A stretch of DNA of 63,963 nt, filler included, from a bacterium (GTDB lineage: Bacteria > UBA9089 > CG2-30-40-21 > SBAY01): NCBI GenBank assembly GCA_040757115.1. It is 6 parts of 6 records of this genome, joined end to end, with 100 filler letters (N's around TTAATTAATTAA, not from the genome) between each part and the next. Parts side by side here need not be neighbours in the genome. Positions count along the whole stretch, not along the records: positions 34,304 to 45,301 come from JBFLYA010000125.1; positions 45,402 to 56,397 come from JBFLYA010000126.1; 4 more parts are not named here. One strand, given 5' to 3'. Below the pieces are notes generated by a model. That model was not told the origin of the DNA. It did not search any database and worked only from the letters and a program-made list of their open reading frames with translations. The position numbers and the translations under genes are program-made. Positions 40,101 to 50,627 of the stretch are shown piece after piece. How positions within the stretch are numbered: position 1 is the first letter of the stretch; every line of letters starts with the position of its first letter.

Positions 40101-42212
40101 AACTCTTATGGGTTAAATCCTGCCAAAATCACAACTATCTCAGATGAAGAATTAGCCAATATCCTCACGGCTGATGGACTACCAAGATTGGAATATTATG
40201 GAGTAGAATCACATCGAGTAAGTCATCTAAAAACACTTATCAATATTGTTGCGCCCTTCATACCCGTCATTGGTCAGTTATACACGATGTATCAGGCATT
40301 TCAAGGTATCAAGAAAGGGGATTATTTACAAGGTGCCTTAGGATTCTTAGGCGGGCTGGGGGAATTAGCTAAATTAACTCCAGCGCAACTGGCTAAATTT
40401 GGTAGCTTAGGTAAGTTAGCGGCTAACCTGAATAACTTAAATAATATCGATACTATCTCAAAACTTGTTACCTTAGCTGATACCATCAATAAAATTAATT
40501 ACGCCTCTATTGCCTTAACTGGTAATGACTTAACCGACGGCAGTGGCAGGAAGATAAACGGTAGTCAAAGGTTTATAGCAGGGCTTAACTATATGGCTAC
40601 TGACTTTAGTAAAATCTTACCAAAAGGGTTAAATAGCCTTCACCTACCCTTCTCTAACACCATCTCACCTGGAGCACTGAAATATATGACCAAAACCTAT
40701 CAATTAGGTGTAGCGGCTACTGGCAAAGAAGGGGTATTGTTTGGTAAAGAGTTATCAGATGAAGAAAGGATAAATATCGGCACCAAATTAGTTGGTTCTT
40801 CACTGGGTAATATTATTGCGAATGGAATTGACTACGCTACGGATGACAACCCAGAAACAGGAATAACAGATGCCTTAAAAGAAGAAGGGATGAGTTTTTA
40901 CAAAGGTGCACAGGCGTGGAGTCAGATGGCCATCCAGGCCTACCAGAACGCCTCAAGACTTGTCCCAATGCTTAATTTTACCACTACTACTCCCAGTTCT
41001 ATCCCCAAAGACCAGGATGCTTACATAAAATTAGACATTGCTCATGAGTTATGGCAAACCGTTGCCTCCATTAGAGACACAGGGAGCGATATATTTACTT
41101 CGATTAGAGATGCGGTAAGAGAATCCAGAAAGGATTATGACCTGCGGATAGCATATAAAAAGGGAGAGTTACCTGCGGATGTCCTTGCGCAAAAGCTAAA
41201 TAATAAGGAGATAAATGTAGAAGATGTATACCAACTGGCGGTAACTTATGGAGCGGATGCAACAAAATTAATAGCCCTGGCGACTAAAAACGCTACCAAT
41301 CAAGAACTGATGGAGCTTATCCATAAAGATAAGGGTAGTAACAAAGAGGTATCCGAGGCACTTAAGGGGGAAAGGAATGAGAGGATAAATGAGGCGATAA
41401 AGGAGTTTTCTTCTGCTATTACTCCTCAGTTAGCTAATGCAAGTGACAGCACAATTCCTTGTGTTGACTTTGAGAAAGGAACAAAATACTTATTGGAACT
41501 TATGCAGATGGAGTGTAAAATTAGCACTGGAGAGACAATTATTACGCCAGAGGGAAGTACAATAAGATGCATTGGTGTAAACAATGTAGTCGCAGAGTGG
41601 TGGAAAGGGATACTTAGGGATGCAGGTATTGCTATTGAGGGAGGCATTGCCGCAGTTGGATTTCTCCCAGGGGGGCAAGTAATTGAAACTGTTTATGACA
41701 TATTTATGGCTACCGCAGGATATAGTCTTGCTGAAGGTAAACTTTCACCTGTTCAAAGGGCATTAGTTGCTGGAGCAATATTTGTCCCTGGAATGTCAGG
41801 GGTATTAGTTAAGAATGCCGACCAGGTAGCAAAAGAGGTTTTACATATACACCATGCACTTTCCCAGTCTAAGAAGCTTGCACCCAATTTTGCCAGGGCA
41901 GGATTGGATATTGAGGAGTGGACAGTGCCATTTGCTAAATGGTTTCATAACTTAAAACCCTATGGTATCCATACAGGACCAAACCACTGGAATAAACAAT
42001 GGGAAGGATTTTTTGAGAAATATGGTGATTATGTTAAAGATACTAAAATATTAGAACAATTAAAGAAGATGGACAACGAGATCTTAGAGCAGTTAGACAA
42101 CATAAAGAAACAACCTGATCTTCAACAATGGCAATTAGGCCAGATAGAAAATATGCAAACAGAGATATTAAAACAGATTGAAAAGATAAATAAAGAACTT
42201 AATCTTCGATAA
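37184..42212 (+). CDS. Large polymorphic toxin spanning a scaffold gap: dockerin/EF-hand-like motifs, six ~60-aa YPxGT repeats, CBM-like and DUF1080-like modules, pre-toxin segment, His-rich DUF2380-like nuclease tip
   Basis: Both sides of the 100-N gap encode the same duplicated domain (QNQYVLQIFGT.LNLYRVVNG.WT). C-terminal HIHHALSQ..AGLDI..H..IH.G..WN..W..FF. Confidence 0.75.
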
Positions 42213-42231
42213 AGACCAAGGAGGGATTTCT

Positions 42232-42909
42232 ATGTTTTATAGACTCTATCATGAGGAGAACTATTTAGGAGCTGACTGGGCAGATGGGATGGATTTAGAA
42301 CAGATTATCTGTCCAAAAGATAAACATCACAGGAGGGGAGGAAAAAGGATAGGAGATTTAATGATAGAATTGCCATCTCCTAATATTAGAGATTTTATAT
42401 GGATAGTGTTTGGTGGCGAGTGTTTAATTACGGATAAGGTAGCTGGGTTATTCAAAGAGGCAGGGTTTACAGGATATGAGTTAAAACCAGTCACTGTAAA
42501 GAAAGTAAAAAGGATGGGGAAAGAACCAAAACCAATCCCTCAATTATGGGAGATGGTAATTACAGGCTGGGCTGGTATGGCACCACCTGAGTCTGGAATA
42601 AAACTTATAGACTCGTGTGAGGCGTGTGGAGGTTTGGAGTACTCTGGAATCACTAATCTATCTGCCCTTATTAACCCTTCTCAATGGGATGGAAGTGATT
42701 TCTTCATGGTTTGGCCAATGCCAAGATTTATCTTTGTTACTGAAAAGGTAAAACATTTTGTAGAAGAAAAAAAACTAACAGGTTGTCAATTTATACGTGT
42801 AGAAGATTTATCGCCAACAGCAGTAGATGGATTTGGTCCTGGCAGACTTTCTTACCATATGCCAGAATCTCGAGCGCGTCTTCTTGGAGAGCCTTTAGGG
42901 ATTTACTAA
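42232..42909 (+). CDS. Immunity protein (Imm11/DUF1629 or double-CXXCG-like)
   Basis: Directly after the toxin tip; LITDKV..F...GFTG, CEACG, WDGSDFF, FVTEKVK..LTG..F. Confidence 0.75.
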   Translation: MFYRLYHEENYLGADWADGMDLEQIICPKDKHHRRGGKRIGDLMIELPSPNIRDFIWIVFGGECLITDKVAGLFKEAGFTGYELKPVTVKKVKRMGKEPKPIPQLWEMVITGWAGMAPPESGIKLIDSCEACGGLEYSGITNLSALINPSQWDGSDFFMVWPMPRFIFVTEKVKHFVEEKKLTGCQFIRVEDLSPTAVDGFGPGRLSYHMPESRARLLGEPLGIY

Positions 42910-42917
42910 TAAATGCC

Positions 42918-42944
42918 AAAAGGTGGTAAAAATACCACCTTTTT
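42918..42944 (+). terminator. Intrinsic terminator
   Basis: AAAAGGTGGTA-AAAA-TACCACCTTTTT. Confidence 0.8.
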
Positions 42945-42992
42945 GTTTATTTTTTACCGCAGAGGCACAGGGGTATGAGTGAGTATGAGTGA

Positions 42993-43050
42993 GGGTCACA
43001 TCTTGAATTGTGAATTAACAAGGGGTAATTCACAATTCAAGATGTGACCC
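42993..43050. repeat. REP-like long palindrome; half copy at 44567-44610
   Basis: GGGTCACATCTTGAATTGTGAATTA ... TAATTCACAATTCAAGATGTGACCC. Confidence 0.75.
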
Positions 43051-43202
43051 TTCTCCCCTCTGACCCTTCTCCCCTCGATTGCCAATAAATCCTGAGGATT
43101 ATGGTGGGTGAGTATAATAAAAAAGAGAGAAACAAGAGTAGTCTATCTTCCCGATGAAGATGGCTATCTTGTTGAACCAGAGTTTAATTGAAGAGGTGAA
43201 AG

Positions 43203-44489
43203 ATGAAGAAGGTATTTTGGATAGGTTTGGTGATATTAGGGTTGGTTTTAAGAGAAAATGGAGAAGCAAGCACAATATATGTTGATGACGATAATACATC
43301 AGAGATAGAAGATGGAACTGAAAAATATCCTTATCGCACTATCCAAGAAGGAATAGATGCCTGTTCAGATTTTGGTACAGTCTGTGTAAGACCCGGGATA
43401 TATACTGGAACAGGAAACAAAAATCTAACTTGGAAAGAAAAGCATATCATTGTAAAATCCCAAAATGGACCTTTAACTACTATCATTGACTGTGAAAAAA
43501 ATGGGAGAGGATTTTATTTCAATGACACAGGTCAAAATAGTAATGATATCATGGATGGGTTCACTATTAAAAATGGAAATGTTGCTGGGGAATGGCCAGA
43601 AAACTATGGTGGTGGAATCTATTGTGGAACTTTTTCCCCATCCATCATAAACTGCATAATCACGCAAAATAGTGCTTCTACAGAGGGTGCTGGAGGTGGA
43701 ATTGCATGTTTATTTTCCTCTCCAATTATCATAGATTGCATAGTAATAGGAAATAAGGCTGATTACTTTGGTGGGGGAATTGTATGTAGTTGTTCCTCTC
43801 CCACTATCACAAACTGCATAATAAGAGGGAATAGTGCCGTCTGGGGTGGTGGAATTCATTGCAGATTTGATTCCTCTCCAACCATTACAAACTCCACAAT
43901 AATGCAGAATATTGCTGGTGGTGGGGGTGGAATTTATTGTGTGAGGTTTTCCTCTCCAACCATCACAAACTGTGTAATTATACAAAATATGGCTAACTTT
44001 GATGGTGCTGGAGTCAATTGTTATTATAATTCCTCTCCTACCATTATAAACTGCGTAATAACAGGAAATATTGCTGATCGGTATAGTGGTGGAATCTATT
44101 GCTCTAATAATTCCTCTCCATGTATTACAAACTGCATAATAACGCAAAATAGCAGATATGGAATATATGAGGCTGATACTACAAGTGATCCTTTAACAAA
44201 TTATAACTGTTTTTATAACAACACACCCTCTGATTATTATGATGAAGGCTTAAAATCTCGAACAGTTAAATGGCTAAACATAAAAGCAGGTTTTGCAGGG
44301 AATATATCTTCTGACCCAAAATTTATTGGAAATGGAGACTATCATCTTCAATCAATCTCACCTTGCATAGACAAAGGTTTAAATACAGCTTCGGGTATCT
44401 CTTTAACTGACAAAGACGGTAATCCTCGCATAATAAATGGCATAGTAGATATAGGTGTATATGAGTGTAAAATGGAAGTTAAACCATAA
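43203..44489 (+). CDS. Secreted right-handed beta-helix repeat protein (DUF1565/choice-of-anchor-Q-like ends)
   Basis: Signal peptide; IYVDD..DGT..PYRTIQ; repeated GGGI.C..SSP.I.NC.I..N; DYHLQSISPCIDKG..DIGVYE. Confidence 0.85.
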   Translation: MKKVFWIGLVILGLVLRENGEASTIYVDDDNTSEIEDGTEKYPYRTIQEGIDACSDFGTVCVRPGIYTGTGNKNLTWKEKHIIVKSQNGPLTTIIDCEKNGRGFYFNDTGQNSNDIMDGFTIKNGNVAGEWPENYGGGIYCGTFSPSIINCIITQNSASTEGAGGGIACLFSSPIIIDCIVIGNKADYFGGGIVCSCSSPTITNCIIRGNSAVWGGGIHCRFDSSPTITNSTIMQNIAGGGGGIYCVRFSSPTITNCVIIQNMANFDGAGVNCYYNSSPTIINCVITGNIADRYSGGIYCSNNSSPCITNCIITQNSRYGIYEADTTSDPLTNYNCFYNNTPSDYYDEGLKSRTVKWLNIKAGFAGNISSDPKFIGNGDYHLQSISPCIDKGLNTASGISLTDKDGNPRIINGIVDIGVYECKMEVKP

Positions 44490-44620
44490 ATGTATAAATG
44501 TAGAATGCACTTAAAAATAACCCATTGTTATTATTAGGTTTGAGAAGGGTTGCGAGAAGGGTCGGAGGGTCGCATCTTGAGTGAGTGTTGACAACTAAAA
44601 TTGTGAATTAGCTTATTAGT

Positions 44621-45301
44621 CTGGGTAATATTATTAGGAATGGAATTGAATACGCTACGGATGACAAGCCAGAAACAGGAATAACAGATGCTTTAAAAGA
44701 AGAAGGAATGAGTTTTTACAAAGGTGCACAGGCATGGAGTGAGATGGCTGTCCAGGCCTACCAGAATGCCTCAAACCTTGCCTCATATCTTCATCTACCT
44801 ACTCTTGATATTTCTATCCCTAAAGACCAGGATGCCTACATAAAATTATAGATATTGCTCATGAGTTAGGGCAAACCTTTGCTTCCATTAAAGAGACAGG
44901 TAGCGATATATTTACTTCGATTAGAGATGCGGTAAGAGAATCCAGAAAAGATTATGACCTCCGTGTAAGATATAAAAAGGGAGAGTTACCTGCGGATGTC
45001 CTTGCACAAAAGCTAAATAATAAGGAGATAAATGTAGAAGATGTATATCAACTGGCGGTGGCATATGGAGAGGATGCAACAAAATTAATATCCCTGGCGA
45101 CTAAAAACGCTACTAATCAAGAACTGATGCAGCCTATCAATAAAGCCAAGAGTGGTAATAAAGAGGTATCAGACGCCCTTAAGAATGAGAGAGAGATAAG
45201 AATAGCCATACATGAGGGAGAGATTAAAGCAATACTTGAGTTAGCGAATATATCAAGCCCTGTTGTAGGAGATGGAGCACCAGAACCTAAATATGACCTT
45301 A
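44621..45301 (+). pseudogene. Orphan toxin module: copy of 40803-~41385 followed by a different C-terminal sequence (runs off the contig)
   Basis: High nucleotide similarity from CTGGGTAATATTATT onward; no start codon at the homology boundary; 2-nt insertion near 44848; diverges after EVS.ALK.ER. Confidence 0.8.
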
Positions 45302-45401
45302 NNNNNNNNNNNNNNNNNNNNNNNNNNNNNNNNNNNNNNNNNNNNTTAATTAATTAANNNNNNNNNNNNNNNNNNNNNNNNNNNNNNNNNNNNNNNNNNN
45401 N

Positions 45402-45561
45402 ATATAGATTGAAATTTATAGAAATAGGTAGAAATTGATTGTGGGAAACAACAAATTTCCATAAATTTCTATTAGTTTCTACTAATTTCAATTTTTTTAA
45501 TAATATCTCCCTATCTCCTTAATCTCCATATCTCCTTTTGTTACACCACCTGAACGTTTAC
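45402..45561. mobile_element. MITE family B, partial at contig start
   Basis: Matches about 36500-36643; ends ACCTGAACGTTTAC. Confidence 0.85.
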
Positions 45562-45741
45562 CCTTTTTTTAACCGCAAAGAACGCAAAGATTAAATGAGA
45601 AAGGAATCATAGAAAATTCACGAAAGTCCAGTGTCTCTGGTGAATAGATTTTAATTTTTTTCTCTGCGAACTCTTTTGTCTCTGCGGTGAACGATTACCT
45701 TTAAAATGGTGAGAGAGCAATAATCCAGTGAGGCTATATTT

Positions 45742-47502
45742 TTAAGCCGCGGGGGGAGTAACATTTTCTGGCACATAAGGTGTGGCTTTTTCTTCAAAGG
45801 CAACGCGGATTAATTCTTCAATGGTGGTTATTCCGGCTAAAACCTTTTTTATGGTGGCTTCTCTTAAAGTAATTAACCCGGAGCGTTTCGCCGCTTCTTT
45901 GATAATGTGGACTGATTCACGGGCTAAAATCAACTCTCGAATTTCATCATTTAATTCCATTACCTCAAATACACCAATTCTACCTTTATAGCCCGTATGA
46001 GAACACTTTTTACACCCAATTCCATGATATAATTTAATTTTTTCTCCTTCATCTGGTTGGATACCTATTTCTTTAAGCAGTGCGGGTGAGGGGTCATAAG
46101 CCTCTTTGCAATTAGGGCATATAACACGGACTAATCTCTGACTAAGAGATAAAATAACCGTTGATGTAATTAAAAATGGTTCAATGCCCATATTAAGCAG
46201 GCGGGTAATAGCCCCTGGGGCATCATTTGTATGGAGTGTAGAAAAGACTAAATGCCCGGTTAAAGCGGCATTAATTGCTACTTCGGATGTTTCACGGTCT
46301 CTAACCTCACCAACCAGAATTATATCCGGGTCCTGCCGCATAAATGCCCTCAATCCATCTGAAAAATCTAACCCTATTTCGGGTTTTACCTGCACTTGAT
46401 TTATCCCCCTTAACACATATTCTACCGGGTCTTCAATCGTAATAATATTTTTATCCGTGGCGTTAATCGTTCTCAAGGTAGAATAAAGCGTTGTCGATTT
46501 CCCACTGCCTGTTGGTCCGGTGATAAGTATAATCCCATAAGGGGCAACAATGTTCTTTTCATATAAAGCCAATGCCTCTTTATCAAAGCCTAATTTAGAC
46601 AGGTCTAAACATAAACTTTTCGGGTCAAGAATACGGAGAACTACCTTTTCCCCATGCACCGTGGGGATAATCGAGACTCTTAAATCTGCCTCTCGATTGG
46701 AAATAATCACTTTGGCTCGACCGTCCTGGGGTAATCTTTTTTCTGCAATGTCTAAATTAGCAATAATTTTTATTCTTGAAACAAGCGATGGGTGGAGAGT
46801 TTTAGGTGGAGAGGGCATCTCGTATAAAATGCCATCAATCCTGTATCGCAATCTAACATCTTTTTGATAAGGTTCTAAGTGAATATCCGATGCCCCAGCA
46901 TTTATCGCCTCACTTAAAATATAATTAACTAATCTGATAATTGGTGCTTCGTCTCCTTTTCCCATTTGAGAAATATCAATGGCGGCTTCCTCGGTCATCG
47001 GTCTCAAAACCTCAAATGTCTTCTCATCAATTCCTTTCATAATCTCGTCAATAGACCGCTCTTTTTTCCCATAGCATTTTTCAATGACATCTTTAATTTC
47101 ATTTTCGGATGCAACCACGGGTTTTATATTACACTTAGTTGCCCTTTTAATATCATCTAAGGCAAATACATCTAATGGGTCTGCCATAGCCACGATTAAG
47201 GTATTATCTTCTTTGGAAATAGGGATAGCCAGGTGGCGTCTGACAATACTCTCTAAAACCTCTCGTCTCACATCTAAAGAAAAAGGGGATATTTCTGCTT
47301 CAGCTAAATTTACATGCTCCATTCCTAACTGGTTGGCTAAGAAATCCATAATAATGCCTTCTGTGGTAAACCCCAATTTAACCAGAATTTTACCCAGTCT
47401 TTCTCGACTTCTCTTTTTTTCAGCCAGGGCGATGTCAAGTTGTTCCCGGCTAATAATTCCTGCCTCTACTAATAATTCACCTAATCTAATTTTTTCTGGC
47501 AT
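45742..47502 (-). CDS. pilB: Type IV pilus/T2SS assembly ATPase, PilB/GspE family
   Basis: MshEN-like RLGELL..G.I..QL..AL..RLG, GPTGSGKST, LHTNDA, tetra-Cys Zn motif; GAGGTG RBS before ATG 47502. Confidence 0.9.
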   Translation of the reverse strand: MPEKIRLGELLVEAGIISREQLDIALAEKKRSRERLGKILVKLGFTTEGIIMDFLANQLGMEHVNLAEAEISPFSLDVRREVLESIVRRHLAIPISKEDNTLIVAMADPLDVFALDDIKRATKCNIKPVVASENEIKDVIEKCYGKKERSIDEIMKGIDEKTFEVLRPMTEEAAIDISQMGKGDEAPIIRLVNYILSEAINAGASDIHLEPYQKDVRLRYRIDGILYEMPSPPKTLHPSLVSRIKIIANLDIAEKRLPQDGRAKVIISNREADLRVSIIPTVHGEKVVLRILDPKSLCLDLSKLGFDKEALALYEKNIVAPYGIILITGPTGSGKSTTLYSTLRTINATDKNIITIEDPVEYVLRGINQVQVKPEIGLDFSDGLRAFMRQDPDIILVGEVRDRETSEVAINAALTGHLVFSTLHTNDAPGAITRLLNMGIEPFLITSTVILSLSQRLVRVICPNCKEAYDPSPALLKEIGIQPDEGEKIKLYHGIGCKKCSHTGYKGRIGVFEVMELNDEIRELILARESVHIIKEAAKRSGLITLREATIKKVLAGITTIEELIRVAFEEKATPYVPENVTPPAA

Positions 47503-47604
47503 TTTAATCACCTCATTAGATTTGCTGATTCGTCAGCAATTACCATTTAATCAGTTAATTTCGTAAACCCCTATTAAAGATGATATAAATCCTGAACCGT
47601 AACA

Positions 47605-48462
47605 TTAGGGTAACGGATTAATTACTTCCTTATAGGTTTCTGGTCGGCGATTGGCATAGAATGTCCAGATATTTCGTGTCTCTTTTATTAAATCCAGGTC
47701 TGTGTCGGCGATTAATATCTCATCTTTTTCTCCTGCCTCGGCGATTATCTCACCATTTGGGTCGATAACAATACTGCCGCCGTGAAATTTTTGTCCCTCT
47801 TCATCACCAACTCGATTAGCCCTTGCTACAAAAAGATTATTAGCAATCGCATTGGCACATAATACCTTTCGCCATTTTGCCTGGAAGGCAAAGCTACAGG
47901 CAGTGGGAGCAAATATAATTTGTGCCCCTTTTAACCCTAATATTCGACTACCCTCCGGAAAAAAATTATCCCAGCACATCTGGATACCAATTGTTGCAAA
48001 TTTTGTTTTAAACACAGGATAACCCAGGTTCCCTAATGTAAAATAAAATCTTTCTTCCCACAGTGGTAGATGAGGAATGTGATTTTTTCGATATTTACCG
48101 AGTATTTTTCCATTGGCATCTATTACCACCGCGGTATTAAAATATATTCCTTCCTCCGCTTTTTCAAACATTGGCAAAATCAGGACTATTTTTTCTTTTT
48201 TGGCGACTTCGCCCATTACTTTAGTCATCTCGCCTGGAATTTCTTCCGCTAATGCAAAGTTTGAAACATCAATATTTTTCGGAAACCAATGAAGATTAAA
48301 TATTTCCTGGAAACAGATAATATTTGCTCCTTTTGAGGAAAGATTTTGAGCAAACTCAATTGATTTAGATAGATTTTCTTTCCTGTCCTTAGTGCAGGTC
48401 ATTTGAACCAACCCAACGGTAACCACCTTTTTACTCCCTCCTGTTTGCTTATCTTTACCCAT
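47605..48462 (-). CDS. Nitrilase-superfamily C-N hydrolase (N-carbamoylputrescine amidase/beta-ureidopropionase-like)
   Basis: Glu-Lys-Cys triad: FQEIF, YRKNHIP, MCWD; terminal RRPETY. Confidence 0.9.
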   Translation of the reverse strand: MGKDKQTGGSKKVVTVGLVQMTCTKDRKENLSKSIEFAQNLSSKGANIICFQEIFNLHWFPKNIDVSNFALAEEIPGEMTKVMGEVAKKEKIVLILPMFEKAEEGIYFNTAVVIDANGKILGKYRKNHIPHLPLWEERFYFTLGNLGYPVFKTKFATIGIQMCWDNFFPEGSRILGLKGAQIIFAPTACSFAFQAKWRKVLCANAIANNLFVARANRVGDEEGQKFHGGSIVIDPNGEIIAEAGEKDEILIADTDLDLIKETRNIWTFYANRRPETYKEVINPLP

Positions 48463-48489
48463 AAGTTTTACTGGACAATGTTACATTCA

Positions 48490-48524
48490 TTCACAATTCG
48501 CAATTCACCATTCACAATTCACGA
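48490..48524. repeat. (TTCACAA)5 heptamer array, downstream flank of four-helix-bundle gene 3
   Basis: ttcacaa ttcgcaa ttcacca ttcacaa ttcacga; holds the TGA stop. Confidence 0.88.
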
Positions 48525-48875
48525 TTTTTTTCCTATCGTCCGTATGCTGGAACTGATGATTTTTGAGAGCTCATCACATTCTTTAACCACGCTCAATAGT
48601 TGATTAATGGGTAACAAATTGCTTCGTTTTATAATCTCCAACCAAATTCCAGATTCATTTAATTCTTTCAAAACAATCCCCAACTTGTGAACAAAATCAT
48701 TTTTACTTTCCGCTCCTCGTGCTTCACCATAATTCGGTGCAGGAGAAGTACCACATCGAAGTAATTGCCCCGCAATGTGTTTCCCAACCTGAGTATTTGG
48801 TAATGCAGAGCATAATTCTATAATCATGACTGCAAAATTAATCAATCGTTCCTGAATATCATCCCCTTTTGCCAC
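48519..48875 (-). CDS. Four-helix-bundle protein (IVS/Avd-like family)
   Basis: ERL..FA..QLLRCGTSPAPNYGEARGAES..DFVHKL.I.LKEL.ES..WL. Confidence 0.92.
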   Translation of the reverse strand: MAKGDDIQERLINFAVMIIELCSALPNTQVGKHIAGQLLRCGTSPAPNYGEARGAESKNDFVHKLGIVLKELNESGIWLEIIKRSNLLPINQLLSVVKECDELSKIISSSIRTIGKKS

Positions 48876-48897
48876 TCATGAATCTCCTTAACTTTCG

Positions 48898-48992
48898 TTC
48901 ACCATTCACAATTCACCATTCACAATTCACAATTTCTTCCCTAAATTTCCTTAATAATGGTGAATTGTGAATTGTCAATTGTGAATTGTGAA
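48898..48992. repeat. (TTCACAA)5 - 25 nt - (TTGTGAA)5 heptamer hairpin upstream of gene 3
   Basis: Arrays at 48898-48932 and 48958-48992. Confidence 0.9.
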
Positions 48993-49023
48993 TTATCACT
49001 CTTCACTAACTACTGCTTACTTC

Positions 49024-49377
49024 CTACAGGTTTTTTTGAGCTAATTGAACTAATTTAGCAAAGGCATTTTTATCATTAACCGCTAAATCTGATAGCATTT
49101 TACGGTCTAACTGTGCATTTGCCTTTTTTAACCCATTAATAAATTTACTGTAAGAGAGTCCATATTCTCTTACGGCGGCGTTTATTCGAATAATCCATAA
49201 TTGCCTAAATTCCCTTTTTCGGGCTTTGCGGTCTCGATAAGCATAGACTCCGGCACGAATAACAGCCTCTTTAGCTAATTTATACCAGCGATGTCGTGCA
49301 CCCCAGTAACCTTTGGTTAATTTCCTTATTTTGTTTTTTCTTCTTCTTGTAGCAACATTCGTTGCGGCTCTTGGCAT
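49024..49377 (-). CDS. rplT: 50S ribosomal protein L20
   Basis: [36 protein letters not shown]. Confidence 0.98.
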   Translation of the reverse strand: MPRAATNVATRRRKNKIRKLTKGYWGARHRWYKLAKEAVIRAGVYAYRDRKARKREFRQLWIIRINAAVREYGLSYSKFINGLKKANAQLDRKMLSDLAVNDKNAFAKLVQLAQKNL

Positions 49378-49414
49378 TTGAATTCATACCTCCTTTATGG
49401 TAACTATTTACCCT

Positions 49415-49615
49415 TTATTTATACGGAATAAGTTTGCGGATATTCTGTCTATCTCTACGGCTAACAAATCCTGCGCTACGCAAATTGCGTTTTCTATCCC
49501 TGGTTTTACAGGTAAATAGATGTCCGGCATTAGCCTTTTCACGCTTTATTTTGCCAGTAGCCGTAACTTTAAAAAATCTTTTTGCGGCTCCTCTGTTAGT
49601 CTTTATCTTAGGCAT
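49415..49615 (-). CDS. rpmI: 50S ribosomal protein L35
   Basis: [19 protein letters not shown]; lies between infC and rplT. Confidence 0.97.
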   Translation of the reverse strand: MPKIKTNRGAAKRFFKVTATGKIKREKANAGHLFTCKTRDRKRNLRSAGFVSRRDRQNIRKLIPYK

Positions 49616-49646
49616 TAGTAATCCTCCTTTTCTCTGGTAATTGGTT

Positions 49647-49914
49647 TAGAGTTCTGCAAAACCAGGAAACTGTGGTTTTTAAGCGGGTATTTAATTTCCT
49701 CCACAGATGAAAATGCAAAAAGCAAATATAAAAATTACATATCAAAATGTAAAATTATCTCTTTCCTTTCAGCGTTAAAATACTTGAAGCAAAGATATTA
49801 CCAATTTGAAATTTGATTTGTAATTTTGCATTTTGATATTTATATTTGATATTTAATATTTGATATTTGATATTTATTTGTTGTCTCCCCCAAATCCTAT
49901 TTTGCAGAACCCTA
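49647..49914. mobile_element. MITE family C, TIR TAGRGTTCTGCAAAA, inserted in a TTGGTAA heptamer tract
   Basis: TAGAGTTCTGCAAAA / TTTTGCAGAACCCTA; internal (TTTGATA)n tract; second copy at 10999. Confidence 0.8.
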
Positions 49915-49995
49915 CTGGTAATTGGTAATTATGTGTAATTATTTAGCCATCTGAAAAACTAATGGCTGAGAGCTGATACCTGAATACTATTTCCC

Positions 49996-50511
49996 TCACT
50001 TATGTTTTTTATCTGGGGCTAAAATCATTATCATTTGTTTGCCTTCTAATTTTGGCATCACCTCGACTATTCCTATTTCTTTCAAATCCTCTACAAGTCT
50101 ATCGAGTATTTTCCTCCCCAACTCTGAGTGTTCCATTTCTCGTCCTCGAAATCCCATTATTATTTTAACCTTATCTCCGTCCTGTAGGAATTTGGAAATA
50201 TGTCTAAGTTTGACTTCATAATCATGCCTTTCAATGTGAGGTCGAAGTTTTATCTCTTTTACTAAAATAATCTTTTGCTTTTTCTTTTTCTCCCGTTCTT
50301 TTTTTCTTTGTTCGTATCGATATTTACCATAATCCATAATTTTACAGACAGGCACCGTTGAATCAGGAACTATCTCGACTAAATCTAAATCTTTCTCCAT
50401 AGCTAAGTCTAATGCTTTATATAAAGGGATAATTCCTATCTGTTGTCCATCTGTATCTATCACTCGAACTTCTCTTGCTCGAATTTGCCTATTTATTCTA
50501 AGTCCCTTAAT
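49996..50511 (-). CDS. infC: Translation initiation factor IF-3 (ATT start)
   Basis: RIN.QIRAREVRVID, PVCKIMDYGKY, FRGRE. An in-frame TGA just upstream and a GGAGG RBS point to ATT at 50511. Confidence 0.95.
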   Translation of the reverse strand: MKGLRINRQIRAREVRVIDTDGQQIGIIPLYKALDLAMEKDLDLVEIVPDSTVPVCKIMDYGKYRYEQRKKEREKKKKQKIILVKEIKLRPHIERHDYEVKLRHISKFLQDGDKVKIIMGFRGREMEHSELGRKILDRLVEDLKEIGIVEVMPKLEGKQMIMILAPDKKHK

Positions 50512-50627
50512 AGTTACTCATACCTCCTTTTTATTGGTAACTGGTGAATGGTAATTAGTTACCAGTTTTTAATTTCATGAAGCCTCTTTGTCCCTGGTCA
50601 TAAGAATATCATATCTTAATAATAATG

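Noticed and set aside
3683-48875. Diversity-generating retroelement suggested by Avd-like genes and the toxin duplicate
   Set aside because: No reverse transcriptase in the window, and differences between 40803-41385 and 44621-45195 are not adenine-specific.
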